This document shows, one piece after another, positions 9,918 to 20,867 of a DNA stretch of 64,000 nt. Position 1 is the stretch's first letter; every line of letters starts with the position of its first letter. The notes below the pieces were generated by a model. That model worked only from the letters and a program-made list of their open reading frames with translations. It made no database searches and was not told where the DNA came from. The position numbers and the translations under genes are program-made. This DNA is from an uncultured candidate division Zixibacteria bacterium (GTDB lineage Bacteria > Zixibacteria > MSB-5A5 > UBA10806), in NCBI GenBank assembly GCA_963801605.1, contig CAWDFP010000007.1, forward strand, positions 384,001 through 448,000, read 5' to 3'.

Positions 9918-11315
9918 TTAAGCTACAACATCTTCCGTTTCAGGCACCTCCCTTGAAGGCTGAAAGCCATACTTTTTAAGTTTCTCGAACAAAGTGGTAT
10001 AATCGATTTTTAGAATTTCAGCGGTTTTCCTCTTATTGCCGCGAGTTTGGGCCAGAATCCGCTTTATAAGTGACTTCTCAGCATCAGCTTGCGCCAATGC
10101 GGCAACTTCCTTAAGGCCGGCGCCCTCCCTGAGTCTGATCTCATTCGAGGTAGCCAAACGAATGGCTAAGTGCTCCGGATTAATATTGCGGCCATCGCAA
10201 AGGATGATAGCGCGTTCGATGGTATTTTCCAATTCGCGAACATTGCCGGGCCAATGATATTTATCGAGCAGTGCCAGCGCCTCTTTGGAAAGCCTGACAG
10301 GCTTCTTTTTCATTTCGAGGCTGAAACGCTGAATAAAATAATCGGCCAGAGCGGGAATATCTTCTCTCCTATCGCGGAGAGGCGGGATGGTAATCGGAAA
10401 AACCGATAAACGATAAAATAAATCTTCTCTGAAAACTCGTTTGCTTATCGCCTCTCTGAGATCCATGTTGGACGCGGCGATGACCCTGACATTGACCTCA
10501 AGAGTCTTAGTGCCGCCCAGTCGTTCGAATCGTTTCTCCTGCAACACGCGCAATAATTTGGCTTGAAGCGAAATATCCATGTCGCCGACTTCATCGAGAA
10601 AGATAGTTCCCTGTTCGGCGATTTCAAACTTGCCCATTTTGCGCGCAATGCTGGAGGTAAAAGCTCCCTTCTCGGAACCAAACAATTCATTTTCCAGAAG
10701 CTCTCGGGGAATAGCAGCGCAGTTGATGGTAACATAAGGACCATCCTTGCGCGGCGAGAGATGATGAATGGCTCTGGCAAACAGTTCTTTTCCAGTTCCC
10801 GATTCTCCCATTAATAAAACGGAAGTATCCGAAGGAGCCACTTTCTGAACGAGTTCGGTAGCCTGTCGCATGCGCTCGGACCGTCCGATGATCTCGGATA
10901 GCCCGATAGTCTGAGCCAGTTCTTCTCTCAAGAGAATATTTTCGGCGAGAAGCCGCCTGTTTTCCAGCGCCCGCTTTATGAGGATAGAAAGACGATCTGT
11001 ATCGAACGGTTTGGTGATGAAATCAAAAGCGCCAAGCTTGATGGCCTGAACAGCGTTTTCAACGGTGGCGTAGGCGGTCATGACAATAACCGATGCCTCC
11101 GGATCGTTCGCTTTAACCTCGGCCAGAACCTGGAGACCATCGGCACCCGGAAGCTTGAGATCGGTCAGGACCAAATCGAAGCGTTTCTCTTTGGCACGGC
11201 TTATCCCCTCGGTACCGCTCGAAGCGAGATCGACTTCATAACCTTCGCTTGAAAGAGTCGCCGAAAGCATTTGTTGCATGGCGCTCTTATCTTCAATAAT
11301 TAGAATTGATGGCAA
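9918..11315 (-). CDS. Sigma-54-dependent response regulator (NtrC/AtoC/ZraR family)
   Basis: REC (LVLTDLKLPG), GESGTGKE, FLDEVG, WPGNVREL, Fis HTH; loop 1 reads GAFTSS. Confidence 0.95.
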   Translation of the reverse strand: MPSILIIEDKSAMQQMLSATLSSEGYEVDLASSGTEGISRAKEKRFDLVLTDLKLPGADGLQVLAEVKANDPEASVIVMTAYATVENAVQAIKLGAFDFITKPFDTDRLSILIKRALENRRLLAENILLREELAQTIGLSEIIGRSERMRQATELVQKVAPSDTSVLLMGESGTGKELFARAIHHLSPRKDGPYVTINCAAIPRELLENELFGSEKGAFTSSIARKMGKFEIAEQGTIFLDEVGDMDISLQAKLLRVLQEKRFERLGGTKTLEVNVRVIAASNMDLREAISKRVFREDLFYRLSVFPITIPPLRDRREDIPALADYFIQRFSLEMKKKPVRLSKEALALLDKYHWPGNVRELENTIERAIILCDGRNINPEHLAIRLATSNEIRLREGAGLKEVAALAQADAEKSLIKRILAQTRGNKRKTAEILKIDYTTLFEKLKKYGFQPSREVPETEDVVA

Positions 11316-11433
11316 GGACCCCTCCGGTTTTTACTCCCCCATCATTATATATCGGCAAAATGCAAAAATATCTTGAGGATTATTATTGGGAAATCCCCAT
11401 ACCCGCCCATAGAGCAGTAAAGGGGACAAGTAT

Positions 11434-12102
11434 TTAGGGCTTACATTCCCGGCAGGGCGACAGGCCGGCGTCAAGGGCATCGTCACGGCTTTTATAGCGT
11501 TTAGCCTTCTTCTGGTTGATATCCTTGATTCCGGGACAAAGCGGGCGATGGAATCGAAAGGCGCCTCCGGCAGCGATATAATATGGTTCGGGCGCCGGCA
11601 CAGGGAGTGACCAGATACCGCGTTGGGCCTTTCGAGCCTCATTTTGAGCAGAAAGGAGCACTTTGGCGTAGCGCTGGTTTTTTGCGAAGAAATATATTCG
11701 AGCCAGACCGGCCTTGAGGAGCATTTCGTTGTAAAATTCCGAACCCAGGTAAATGTAAGCCAGAGTCCGGCCGTATTTATCATCAGAGTTTTTTTCGGTT
11801 TCAATTCTGACTGCCTGGCCTCTTAGAATTGAATCGGCGAAGGCTCTGGCCTGGTCAGCGTAAGGCTCCCCTTTTTCGGGAGTGTCGAGACACAAAAGCC
11901 TGACATGCCGGTCGCCCGTTAGAACAAATGTGTCGCCGTCAATGACGCGCAAGATGGTATCAATATTTGATGTCGGTTTGGAAAATTGCCCGGACTGCTG
12001 TGAGTTGCGACCGGATTTGGCCTGAATCGGCGTTATAAAGGTAAGGCACGATACAGCCAATATTAGCAATGAAAGCTGAGTTTTTCGAAATCGAATATTC
12101 AC
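11434..12102 (-). CDS. Thermonuclease (SNase-like) with C-terminal Ada-like metal-binding domain
   Basis: RVIDGDTF, VRLLCLDTPE, DKYGRTLAY, EARKAQRGIWS; FHRPLC...GLSPCRECKP. Confidence 0.9.
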   Translation of the reverse strand: MNIRFRKTQLSLLILAVSCLTFITPIQAKSGRNSQQSGQFSKPTSNIDTILRVIDGDTFVLTGDRHVRLLCLDTPEKGEPYADQARAFADSILRGQAVRIETEKNSDDKYGRTLAYIYLGSEFYNEMLLKAGLARIYFFAKNQRYAKVLLSAQNEARKAQRGIWSLPVPAPEPYYIAAGGAFRFHRPLCPGIKDINQKKAKRYKSRDDALDAGLSPCRECKP

Positions 12103-12836
12103 GGTTCGACCTTCCTTAATGAATAGATGGCCGCGATTCCCCCCATAATATTTTTATAAGAGGCATGTCGCCATCCAGAGCCGAGGATGGTTTTGACGTC
12201 ATTCTGCCCGGGAAATCCTTTCAGCGAAACGGGCAGATAGCGGTAAGCATACGCTTTGGAAGTAAACAGGCGCGCGAGGAGCGGCGAAAGCCTGTAAAAG
12301 TAAAACTCAAATAGAATAGCTAATAGTTTGTTTTCGGGATGGGCGATCTCCAGATGACGGACGAGACCATCGTGGGTAAGGGTTCGATTGATTTCGCCGG
12401 TAAAGGCATTCAAATCGGTGAGATTTCGGAGGCAGAAAGCAGAGACGGCCCCTCTAAATATATCGTTCTTAAAGGGAAGTTTTTCGGCGTCACAAACGAC
12501 AGTATGATATCTGCCGTTAAATTCCGAAGGAAGATTTTGCCTGATAAGAGAAAGCATTCCGCGGGAAATATCGGTGATGATGACATCACCTTTGAAATCG
12601 GCTTGAGAGAGTATTTCCCGAGACATCTCTCCCCCGCCGGCGCAGAGATCGATTATCAATCCATCTTTGGAGAGGCCGGTAATTGCTTTTTTGCGCCAGC
12701 GGTTATCCTGACCGAAGGAAAGGATGGTATTGAGGAAATCGTATTTTCCGGCGATATCATCGAACATGCGGGTAACGTAAGCTTTTTTGGAGGAGGGATT
12801 AGGTGGCATGGTGGTTTTGTCGGTTTTCTCGTCCAA
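12099..12836 (-). CDS. ubiE: UbiE/MenG family quinone C-methyltransferase
   Basis: VTRMFDDIAGKYDFLNTILSFGQDNRWR, DLCAGGG, AYRYLPVSLKGFP. Confidence 0.85.
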   Translation of the reverse strand: MDEKTDKTTMPPNPSSKKAYVTRMFDDIAGKYDFLNTILSFGQDNRWRKKAITGLSKDGLIIDLCAGGGEMSREILSQADFKGDVIITDISRGMLSLIRQNLPSEFNGRYHTVVCDAEKLPFKNDIFRGAVSAFCLRNLTDLNAFTGEINRTLTHDGLVRHLEIAHPENKLLAILFEFYFYRLSPLLARLFTSKAYAYRYLPVSLKGFPGQNDVKTILGSGWRHASYKNIMGGIAAIYSLRKVEP

Positions 12837-12853
12837 GTGACTCGGAACCCGAC

Positions 12854-13891
12854 CTACAACTCCCGATTTACGATAAAATCTATCAAGTCCAATAATATCT
12901 TTCGATATTCAGGATTGATAGCACCGTCGATAGATTCAATAAATGTCTGTCGTGCTTTTTTGGCAAGCGTCTGAGAGATTTGAGCTGCATATTTGATCGA
13001 GTCGTATTTTTTTATAAGGAATAAAAGGCGCTCAATTTCCTCCGGGCGCTTATCCTCGCGGGATTTATTTAGAACTTCAAGCACGAAAAGTTTTTCATCC
13101 GGAGAGCATTTCCGGAGCAAATCGATTACCACCAGCGTACGTTTGCCCTCCCAAAGATCGCCTGCTATCTCCTTGCCGTATTTGCCTATGTCTCCAATAA
13201 GATTTAGGATATCGTCCTGAATTTGGAAGGCTACTCCGAGATCAATGCCGAAACGCACGAAGATGTCTCTATTGGCCGCACCGGCTGTGGCAATCAACGC
13301 CCCTACCCAGGATGGGGTAATAACCGTATACCAGGCGGTCTTGTGACGGCACATATTATAATAGTCTTCATCGGTGAGATCCCATTTGGCGGCGCTCACC
13401 CAGCCGAGTTCGATATGCTGACCGGAAGTGGTTTGGGCGTACATAAACAGGAATTCCTCAATAACCCGTATCGCCAATTCGGCACCGAGGATTTCGCGAT
13501 TGCGCAACAGCATTTCCCACATCTTGCCGGCCAAAGCGTCCCCAGCGTTCAAAGCCAGAGGAATACCGTGCTTGATATGGAGCGCAGGCAGGCCGCGACG
13601 AAGATCCGATTGATCTTCGATATCATCGTGAATGACAATCCAGTTCTGGAATAGTTCAAGGGCGGCGGCGGTATTGAGAGCCCGAGAATCACTGCCTCCG
13701 AAGGCGCGATTGAAGATGAGAAGGAGGCCCGGCCGGAGGCCTTTACCGGCGCGCGAGGGGTAGTCTCTCATCATACGGTAGAGCAGATCGATTTCGGGTG
13801 TCGGGTGCGTTTCGGGCAAGAAATCAAAAATCTCGCGGTCGACATCGGCTTTGAGGGCTTTTAAGAGAACAAAGATATCAGGATGTTCCAT
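12854..13891 (-). CDS. Polyprenyl diphosphate synthase (IdsA/GGPP synthase-like)
   Basis: GKGLRP, HDDIEDQSDLRRG, KTAWY, FQIQDDIL, GDLWEGKRT; start taken at MEHPD. Confidence 0.9.
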   Translation of the reverse strand: MEHPDIFVLLKALKADVDREIFDFLPETHPTPEIDLLYRMMRDYPSRAGKGLRPGLLLIFNRAFGGSDSRALNTAAALELFQNWIVIHDDIEDQSDLRRGLPALHIKHGIPLALNAGDALAGKMWEMLLRNREILGAELAIRVIEEFLFMYAQTTSGQHIELGWVSAAKWDLTDEDYYNMCRHKTAWYTVITPSWVGALIATAGAANRDIFVRFGIDLGVAFQIQDDILNLIGDIGKYGKEIAGDLWEGKRTLVVIDLLRKCSPDEKLFVLEVLNKSREDKRPEEIERLLFLIKKYDSIKYAAQISQTLAKKARQTFIESIDGAINPEYRKILLDLIDFIVNREL

Positions 13892-14040
13892 GAGGATTAA
13901 ATATCGGATAATGTTAAGCAAGTCAAATTAAAATTGAAGAATAGTTATGATGTCGGATCATGTTAAGTTTGTAAGCGGCCAACCGCTGACCCACAACGGG
14001 TAATTAGCAAAAAAATGTCAAAACCAGCAACGGGTTTTGA

Positions 14041-16245
14041 TTAACAGGCAGGACTTTTCAGGTTCTTTATAAGATTTTGGGTAAATATTACGCTGGCAGG
14101 GACACTCATAACCTTTTCGATGGCGTTTTTGATTTCATCCATCTGGAAAGGTTTCGGAAGGATACCATCAACTTTTTGCAGGGCTTCCTCGCTATCGAGT
14201 TGGGCGCCCCATCCTGAAATTAACAATACCGGCATGCCGGGATGACGTTCACGGCAGAAACGGGCAACATCCCATCCCCCAACCTCGGGCATACCCAGAT
14301 CGGTTATAACCAGGTCGAATTTTTCGGTTTCAAGAATCTGCAAGGCCTCTTTGCCACCGCCGGCTTTGGTACATTGGTGCCCCAGAAAATCCATCATATC
14401 AGATACGACTTCGAGCAAATTAGTATCATCGTCAACAAGCAAGATCGATAGATTCTGCTGCAAGCCCATTCTGGGCTGCGGCGCTGATTTTTCGGTTGCT
14501 CCGCTCACGAGGTTAAATTTAAATGTAAAGGCCGCACCGTTAGCGGGAGAAGACTCGACTCCAATATCGGCCTGGTGACGGAATAATATTCCGTAAACAA
14601 CCGCCAGGCCCATGCCGACGCCTTTTTTGCCTTTGGTAGTGAAAAATGGGAAAAAGAGTTTATTCTTCACGCTTTCATCCATGCCGATACCATCGTCGCG
14701 AATCTGCAAGACCACCTTACCGCGTTCGACCCAGGTTTTAATCCAGATATTGCCGCCCTCGGGTAGAGCGTCAACCGAATTAAGAATAATATTGCAAAGG
14801 GCCTCTTTGAGTTCATCATGGCTGCCTTCGATAACCACGGCATTACAGAGTTCGCTGTGCATACTGATGGTTATTCCAGCTCTCTGGGCGGTATCTTTCC
14901 AGGCAGGTTTGGTGGTCTCGATAGCGTCCATGATAACGCGATTAAGATCTACCCTGCCAAATTGTAAACGATTGGAAACATGGGTGAAGTCCTGAAGCCT
15001 TCTGACGGTTCGGCGGCCCTTAAGCGTAGCTTCCTCGATAATGCGAAGCTCCTGCTGAAAGACAGGATCTCCTACAGTTTGAAGCAGCAATTGAGTCCGG
15101 CCGAGGATTGTACCCAGAACGTTGTTAAAATCGTGGGCCACTCCCCCAGCCATATCACCAAGGGCTTTTAGCTTCTCGGCCATGATGAGCTGCTCCTGGG
15201 TAGCGGTAAGCTCCTCATAAGCTTTTTCGAGGCTCTCATAGAGCTTGGCGTTTTCGATGGCATCCGCGGTTTGCCTTGCGAAAATGGTCAGGATTTCGAG
15301 GTCTTCCCGGGTAAATATTTTGCCATTGTAGCTCCAAAGGGTAATTACGCCCAAGACATCATCGGACCAGGTCAGAGGGGCGCTGATTAGCGATTCGTTT
15401 TCAACAGGGGTTCCGGGCACCTGGATGCACCTGGGATCGTTTTCAGAATGGTTGGATATAATCCCGACACCGGATTCGCCCACTTTACCGGTGATGCCCT
15501 CGCCAAGCTTGAGATATACGGAATTTAATTCATCTTTATAGCGATCATCAAGGGTAACCAGAGGTTTTAATAGCAGATCTTCTTTATCGAGAAGGAATAT
15601 AGAGCCACCATCAGCACCCATGATTTCCGTAGAAAGTCTGACGGCCTTTTGCAGAACATCCTTGTAGTTTAAAGAGGAATAGATGGCGGTAGAAAGCTCA
15701 AGGAGAGCAGCCAGTTTATCGCCGCGTTCCCTGGCACTTCTTTTATTTTGATAGGCTTTAATCGATAAACAGATTTGATCGCTCAAAAGACCAGCCTTCA
15801 TGGAATCCTCGCTGGAGGGTTTGTGCGGGTCCTGCCAGAGCCAGCAACAGTAGCCGTTATGGCCTTTATCTGTAATAAAAGGAGCAATCAAGAGACTTGA
15901 GCAATAGGTTATTTCCAACAAGCTTCTGGCAAAGCCATTTTCACTCTGACGACTGTAGAAATGAACATTGCCGTCGGTCCAGGCAGTTATCCACAAACTA
16001 TCAGGGAGAGTGCGTAGACTTCGAATGAGGCCGCCACGATCGAATGAAGCGCCGGTATCATCCCCAAACAAGTCAAAATCGCGGCGCTCCTGTCCGCCAA
16101 TAATAACCATCAACAGGTCTGATCTCAGAGCGCCTTTGGTCTTCTCCAGGGTCGATTTGAATATCGACTTATCAACGATAGGTTTTGTCGGATCAGATCT
16201 GATCAACAAGCACCTCGTCCGGCGAACAATAAAATACCTTATCAA
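14041..16245 (-). CDS. GAF-domain hybrid sensor histidine kinase/response regulator
   Basis: GAF, H-box GVAHDFNNVL, N/G boxes (DDGIGM, GVGMGL), C-terminal REC (VITDLGMP); start uncertain. Confidence 0.9.
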   Translation of the reverse strand: MIRYFIVRRTRCLLIRSDPTKPIVDKSIFKSTLEKTKGALRSDLLMVIIGGQERRDFDLFGDDTGASFDRGGLIRSLRTLPDSLWITAWTDGNVHFYSRQSENGFARSLLEITYCSSLLIAPFITDKGHNGYCCWLWQDPHKPSSEDSMKAGLLSDQICLSIKAYQNKRSARERGDKLAALLELSTAIYSSLNYKDVLQKAVRLSTEIMGADGGSIFLLDKEDLLLKPLVTLDDRYKDELNSVYLKLGEGITGKVGESGVGIISNHSENDPRCIQVPGTPVENESLISAPLTWSDDVLGVITLWSYNGKIFTREDLEILTIFARQTADAIENAKLYESLEKAYEELTATQEQLIMAEKLKALGDMAGGVAHDFNNVLGTILGRTQLLLQTVGDPVFQQELRIIEEATLKGRRTVRRLQDFTHVSNRLQFGRVDLNRVIMDAIETTKPAWKDTAQRAGITISMHSELCNAVVIEGSHDELKEALCNIILNSVDALPEGGNIWIKTWVERGKVVLQIRDDGIGMDESVKNKLFFPFFTTKGKKGVGMGLAVVYGILFRHQADIGVESSPANGAAFTFKFNLVSGATEKSAPQPRMGLQQNLSILLVDDDTNLLEVVSDMMDFLGHQCTKAGGGKEALQILETEKFDLVITDLGMPEVGGWDVARFCRERHPGMPVLLISGWGAQLDSEEALQKVDGILPKPFQMDEIKNAIEKVMSVPASVIFTQNLIKNLKSPAC

Positions 16246-19200
16246 CCGCTTTCAAAATTTCCTCTATCTTAAACGGCTTACCAATAACTGCATTAACATG
16301 ATGAACACGCAAGTTTTCAATATCGAGATTAGCGCCCCAGCCGGTGGCCATAATTATCCGCATTTCGGGATTATCTCTGTAAATGGCATCGGCCAATTCC
16401 CAACCGGACAGGCCGGTCATTCCGAGATCGGTAATTACAAGATCGTATTTTTTGCTATTAATCATTTCCAGGGCCGCTACGGGATTTGAGACAGCGTCAG
16501 CCTGATGGCCGCCCGATATCAATATCTCAACCAGGACATCGCGGAATCCCTCTTCATCATCAACGATGAGAATGCTGCGATTTTTTTCGTTAGAGCTGCC
16601 GTTCATAATCGTGTTTATATGATTTTTAATTTCCTGCCGAGCGGGTAAAATGATGATAAATTTAGTGCCCTTCCCAAGCTCGGATTCAACTTCAATGGTC
16701 CCCTTATGACGGCCAATAATGCCATAGGTCACCGAAAGTCCCAAACCGGTGCCGGCATCGCCTTTGGTGGTGAAGAACGGCTCGAAAATCCGCTTACGTG
16801 TATCGGCGGACATTCCCAGACCCGTATCTTCGACCGTTATTCTAATCATATTATCGGCATTATAGCGGGCATCGATAACGATCCTGGCGTCACTGTTTAT
16901 GGCGTCAACCGCATTATTAATGAGATTGATAAATACTTCACGAAGCTCACTGGGGCTGCCGGTGGTAACGAGGTCGCCCTCGTGATTGAAAACCAGATCA
17001 ATCGATTTGCCCTTGGCCAGAGCCTGATCGTGCCAGCGAGGGCGAGTTAGTTCGATAGTATCCGCGATAATCTGATCGAGATGAATTTCAACGAATTTTC
17101 CGGATGGTTTTTTCTTTGTAAATTCGCTGATCCTCGAAAGTATATGAGAACCGTCATTGGCGGCTTTTTCAATCAGCTCGAGGTTTTTCTCTAAAAATTG
17201 CCGTCCGGGCCAATCGTCATATTTTTTAATTTTAATGGTTATAATTTGTAAGCCGTCCCAGAATTGCCGCCAGGATATTATTGAAATCATGAACAACGCC
17301 CGAAGACATTTCGCCAAGAGCTCTCAATTTTTCCGTCTGAATTATACGATCCTGAGCATCCTGCACTTGCTCATAAGCAGTTTTTAACTCTTTATAAAGC
17401 TGAGCATTCTGCCAGGCGATCCGCAGATGTACAGCCAGGTCCTTAATTAACTGAAGTTCCTGCGTAGAGAATCCATCAGAACGAGACGTTCCCACAATCA
17501 TAACGGCTTCGGCCCGGGACTCATCTCCGATGGGGAATAATGCCAGATTTCTGATGCCGGCGTCGACCACGGACTGCAATTTTTCGGGCACGCCAAGATT
17601 GGCCAACTGCGAGAACGATACAAATTCCGGGGAGGCGTTAAGCATAACCGATTTGAGTTTATCTTCAAGCATGGCCAACATAGCCTCGGTGGATATAATT
17701 CCGGCTGATTTAGGCGAATAGCCAATTTTGAAGATAAATGAATCACCGTCAGGCACTACCAGTGAGGTCCAGCGGTAGCCGGCATTATCGGTTATGGTTT
17801 TGGCCACTACCCGGAAGAAGCTATCGAGATCGAGAGTAGCCGAGATAGCCTTATTAATATTATCTATCAGCGAAAGTCGTTCGGCCTTTTGAATTGATTC
17901 CTCAAATAAACAGGAATTATCGATGGTAACTGCCATGATATCGCCCAAAGTATCGAGGGTGCTGATATCTTCCGAAGTGAAACCATCGAATTCCATCGAC
18001 TCGACGTCGAGCACTCCAAGTATCTTATCGCCGGCGATAAGCGGAATGCAAACCTCGCTCTTAACATCGTCGACGCCCATGACATAATCCGGTTCCAATA
18101 AGACATCAGGGCTGTAAACAGTTTTTTGGGATTTGATAGCCGCACCCACCAGGCCGCATCCCTCGGCAACGGCGAAATCGGCGGGCAACTTTTTATCGCA
18201 GGACGACGCCTGATATCCAAGATAATAGCGGCGTTTGACCTGATCGAGCATAAATACGGCCACGAGTTGATAACCAAAAGCTTCCTGAATCGAATCGGCG
18301 GCAATTTTTATAACTTCCTGGACGTTTAATGATTTCGATATTTTTTTGGAAAATTCAAAAATAGTATTAAGCTTTATTCCCCGCTCCCGTTCCTGCTCGA
18401 AGAGACGGGCGCGCTCCATAGAAACGGCGATCTGGGCGGCGAGGGCTCTTAAGAAATTTTCATGCATTTCACCGAAAGCGCATTTGTTTAACGACCCTAC
18501 CATAATAATGCCGGTAATCTTATTTCCCAATTTTACAGGGACCGCTAATTCGGATAAAAGCTTCGGGAACGATGGCCTGACAGCAGTTTCAACCCGGAAA
18601 TCCTCGATAATTACGGATTGGCCGCTTTCAATCACTTTTTCGGAGACGGAATTGGTCAACCCGGATGCCAGCTTATCGGTACCGGGCCTCATGTTAGTGC
18701 TATTTACCACCAGGGGGTTCAGAGTATGAGTTATCTCATCAACAAGATATACGCCTGCGACGTTATAGTGCAGGTAGTCGTTAACGGCGATCAACACTTT
18801 TTCGAGCATGGAATTGATATTTGTTTCAGAATGAATAACGCCGCTGACGTTGTACAGTGTGGTAAGTTGATCGACCTTGTTATTAATAAAGGCATACAGC
18901 CTGGCGTTTTCGATGGCTGAAGCTGCTTGCGATACGATTGCCTGCACGAAACTGAGCCTGTCGGGAGCTACTCCGGCGCGGATAATTGATCTTTCCTCAC
19001 CCAAAATAACGGCGCCGATAGCTTTGGCCGAATGGGAAATCGGGAGAATCGACAGAAGCTTGACCGAATCTGTCCGGAAGAAGCGCTTTTCGAGGCTGGT
19101 TAAATCGGCATATTCCTGCGGCCCCAAAATGATGGTTCTCTTAGCCGACATCGATTCTGCGACGCGCGGCAGATCGGCGATATTGATCCGGGCGGAATCA

Positions 19201-20864
19201 GGGACGCTGATTCCCTGCTGCCGTCGGGTATGGAATGAAGCAACCTCCATGATACCTTCGAAGTCGGTATTTAGAAGAATCAGGCAATAAGTGGCATCGG
19301 CGTAATCGGTCAGTTTACTGGCCACCACCTGCAAGACGGATTGCAAATCAAGTTTGGATGAAATGGCCAGGGAAGTTTCCTGAAGAATCTTGGTTTTATC
19401 ATAACGGGCTTGCTTGCCCTTTTCAACCTCAAGCCCGTATAGCAATCCTGCCAATAACTTTTTGACAATGTCAGAACACTGTTCAGGCATCATCAGGAAA
19501 GGATTCGATTGTCCGGAGATCAGGACTAAAAGCCCCATAAATTGAGCCTTGACTGTCAACGGGATTACCGCTAAATGCTGGTCTGGTTCAAATAATTTTC
19601 GCCAGGGCTCATCGGGATAATCGCCTCCGGTGAAATAGAGGCTTTCCTCCTGATTTCGAGCATGCTTAATGAAACTTAAGCCGGCGGACGATTGACAGAT
19701 GGCACTCAGGAGTTCATCGGTAATATTATTTTTGCAGGCTGCCTGCGCACCGTTGTCTGAGGGATCCAAAGTAAGGATTACTCCGGAAGCTGATCCGGTA
19801 GTGCTAACGATGAGCGACAGGATTTCCGCCAGAGACGTCTGCTCGTAACCCTTTTCCTGAATGATGGCCAGGGCGGCGGCAGTCAAATCGATTGATCTCT
19901 TTAAACCTGCTTTCTCGTTTTGATTTTCGTCAACAAGCTGGAATATCTCAGTTAGTTCGGGCATTTCATTTTTCAATGAATCGTGATCCCGTCGGAATAT
20001 ATCGACGCCATGTTTTTGCCGTTTGAGGATTTTTCTTAAGATCGCCGAGTGGTTGGCGAACGATTCAAAGTACCGATAAAGCAAAAAACAAAAAAGGATA
20101 AATCCTATAAAGGGCAAGAATCCCAAGGCGATAATTTCCCATCCTGAAATAATCGATTTTTTGACAGCCGCATGCTTGATATTCACTCCCACCAACGACA
20201 CTTGTTTGCCATCGAAAGTAGTAACGGCGTATTTAGCAACGGAATCAGGCAGAGTGGTTGAGATAGAATTTGTCAGGGGTAAGGATTGTTTATAGATTCT
20301 GTGGTCAGTATCTACCGAGGCATACAGTTTATCGATAGGCAGGGCAATAACGAGGATGTCCTTAAGCGCTTTCGAGAAACCGGCCGTATCGCCGGTGAGC
20401 CGGTAACCGGAAACAGAATAGAAGTTATTATTATATGCGATATGGCCATTATCAAAACCGCTCTTAATCATGGCGCGATAGTTTTTTATTAATATGGAGT
20501 CGGAGTTACCCTGAGCGGAAATCAATTTATCATTTGAATCAATAAAATAAATTAGAGAATTGGTAATTCCTTTTCCTGAAAATTCCTGTTTGATAACATC
20601 GATGGCTTCCTCGGAACTCTGGCCGCGCTTAAGATGCCTCTGCAATACTCCGGCGGCATCCATAAGCATGTCGTGAGCCAGGAGATCGGAAGTCTTCTGG
20701 ATATATTCAAAATAGGAATAGGTCTCGCTTTGTTCGATACCGGCAATTTGCCGGTTGGTATTATAGTTATTGATATAAATCAGAATAAACGAAAATAAGG
20801 TTATCGTTAGCCCGATGCCCGCCGTTTTAGTAAAAAGAGATTTTCTTGAACCGACTATTTTCAT
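16193..20864 (-). CDS. Large membrane-bound multi-GAF hybrid histidine kinase (one frameshift near 17250)
   Basis: ORF 17232..20864 ends just after the H-box GVVHDFNNILAAILGR; HATPase and REC continue in ORF 16193..17317 (LQIITIKIKK...). Confidence 0.85.
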
Positions 20865-20867
20865 TTT

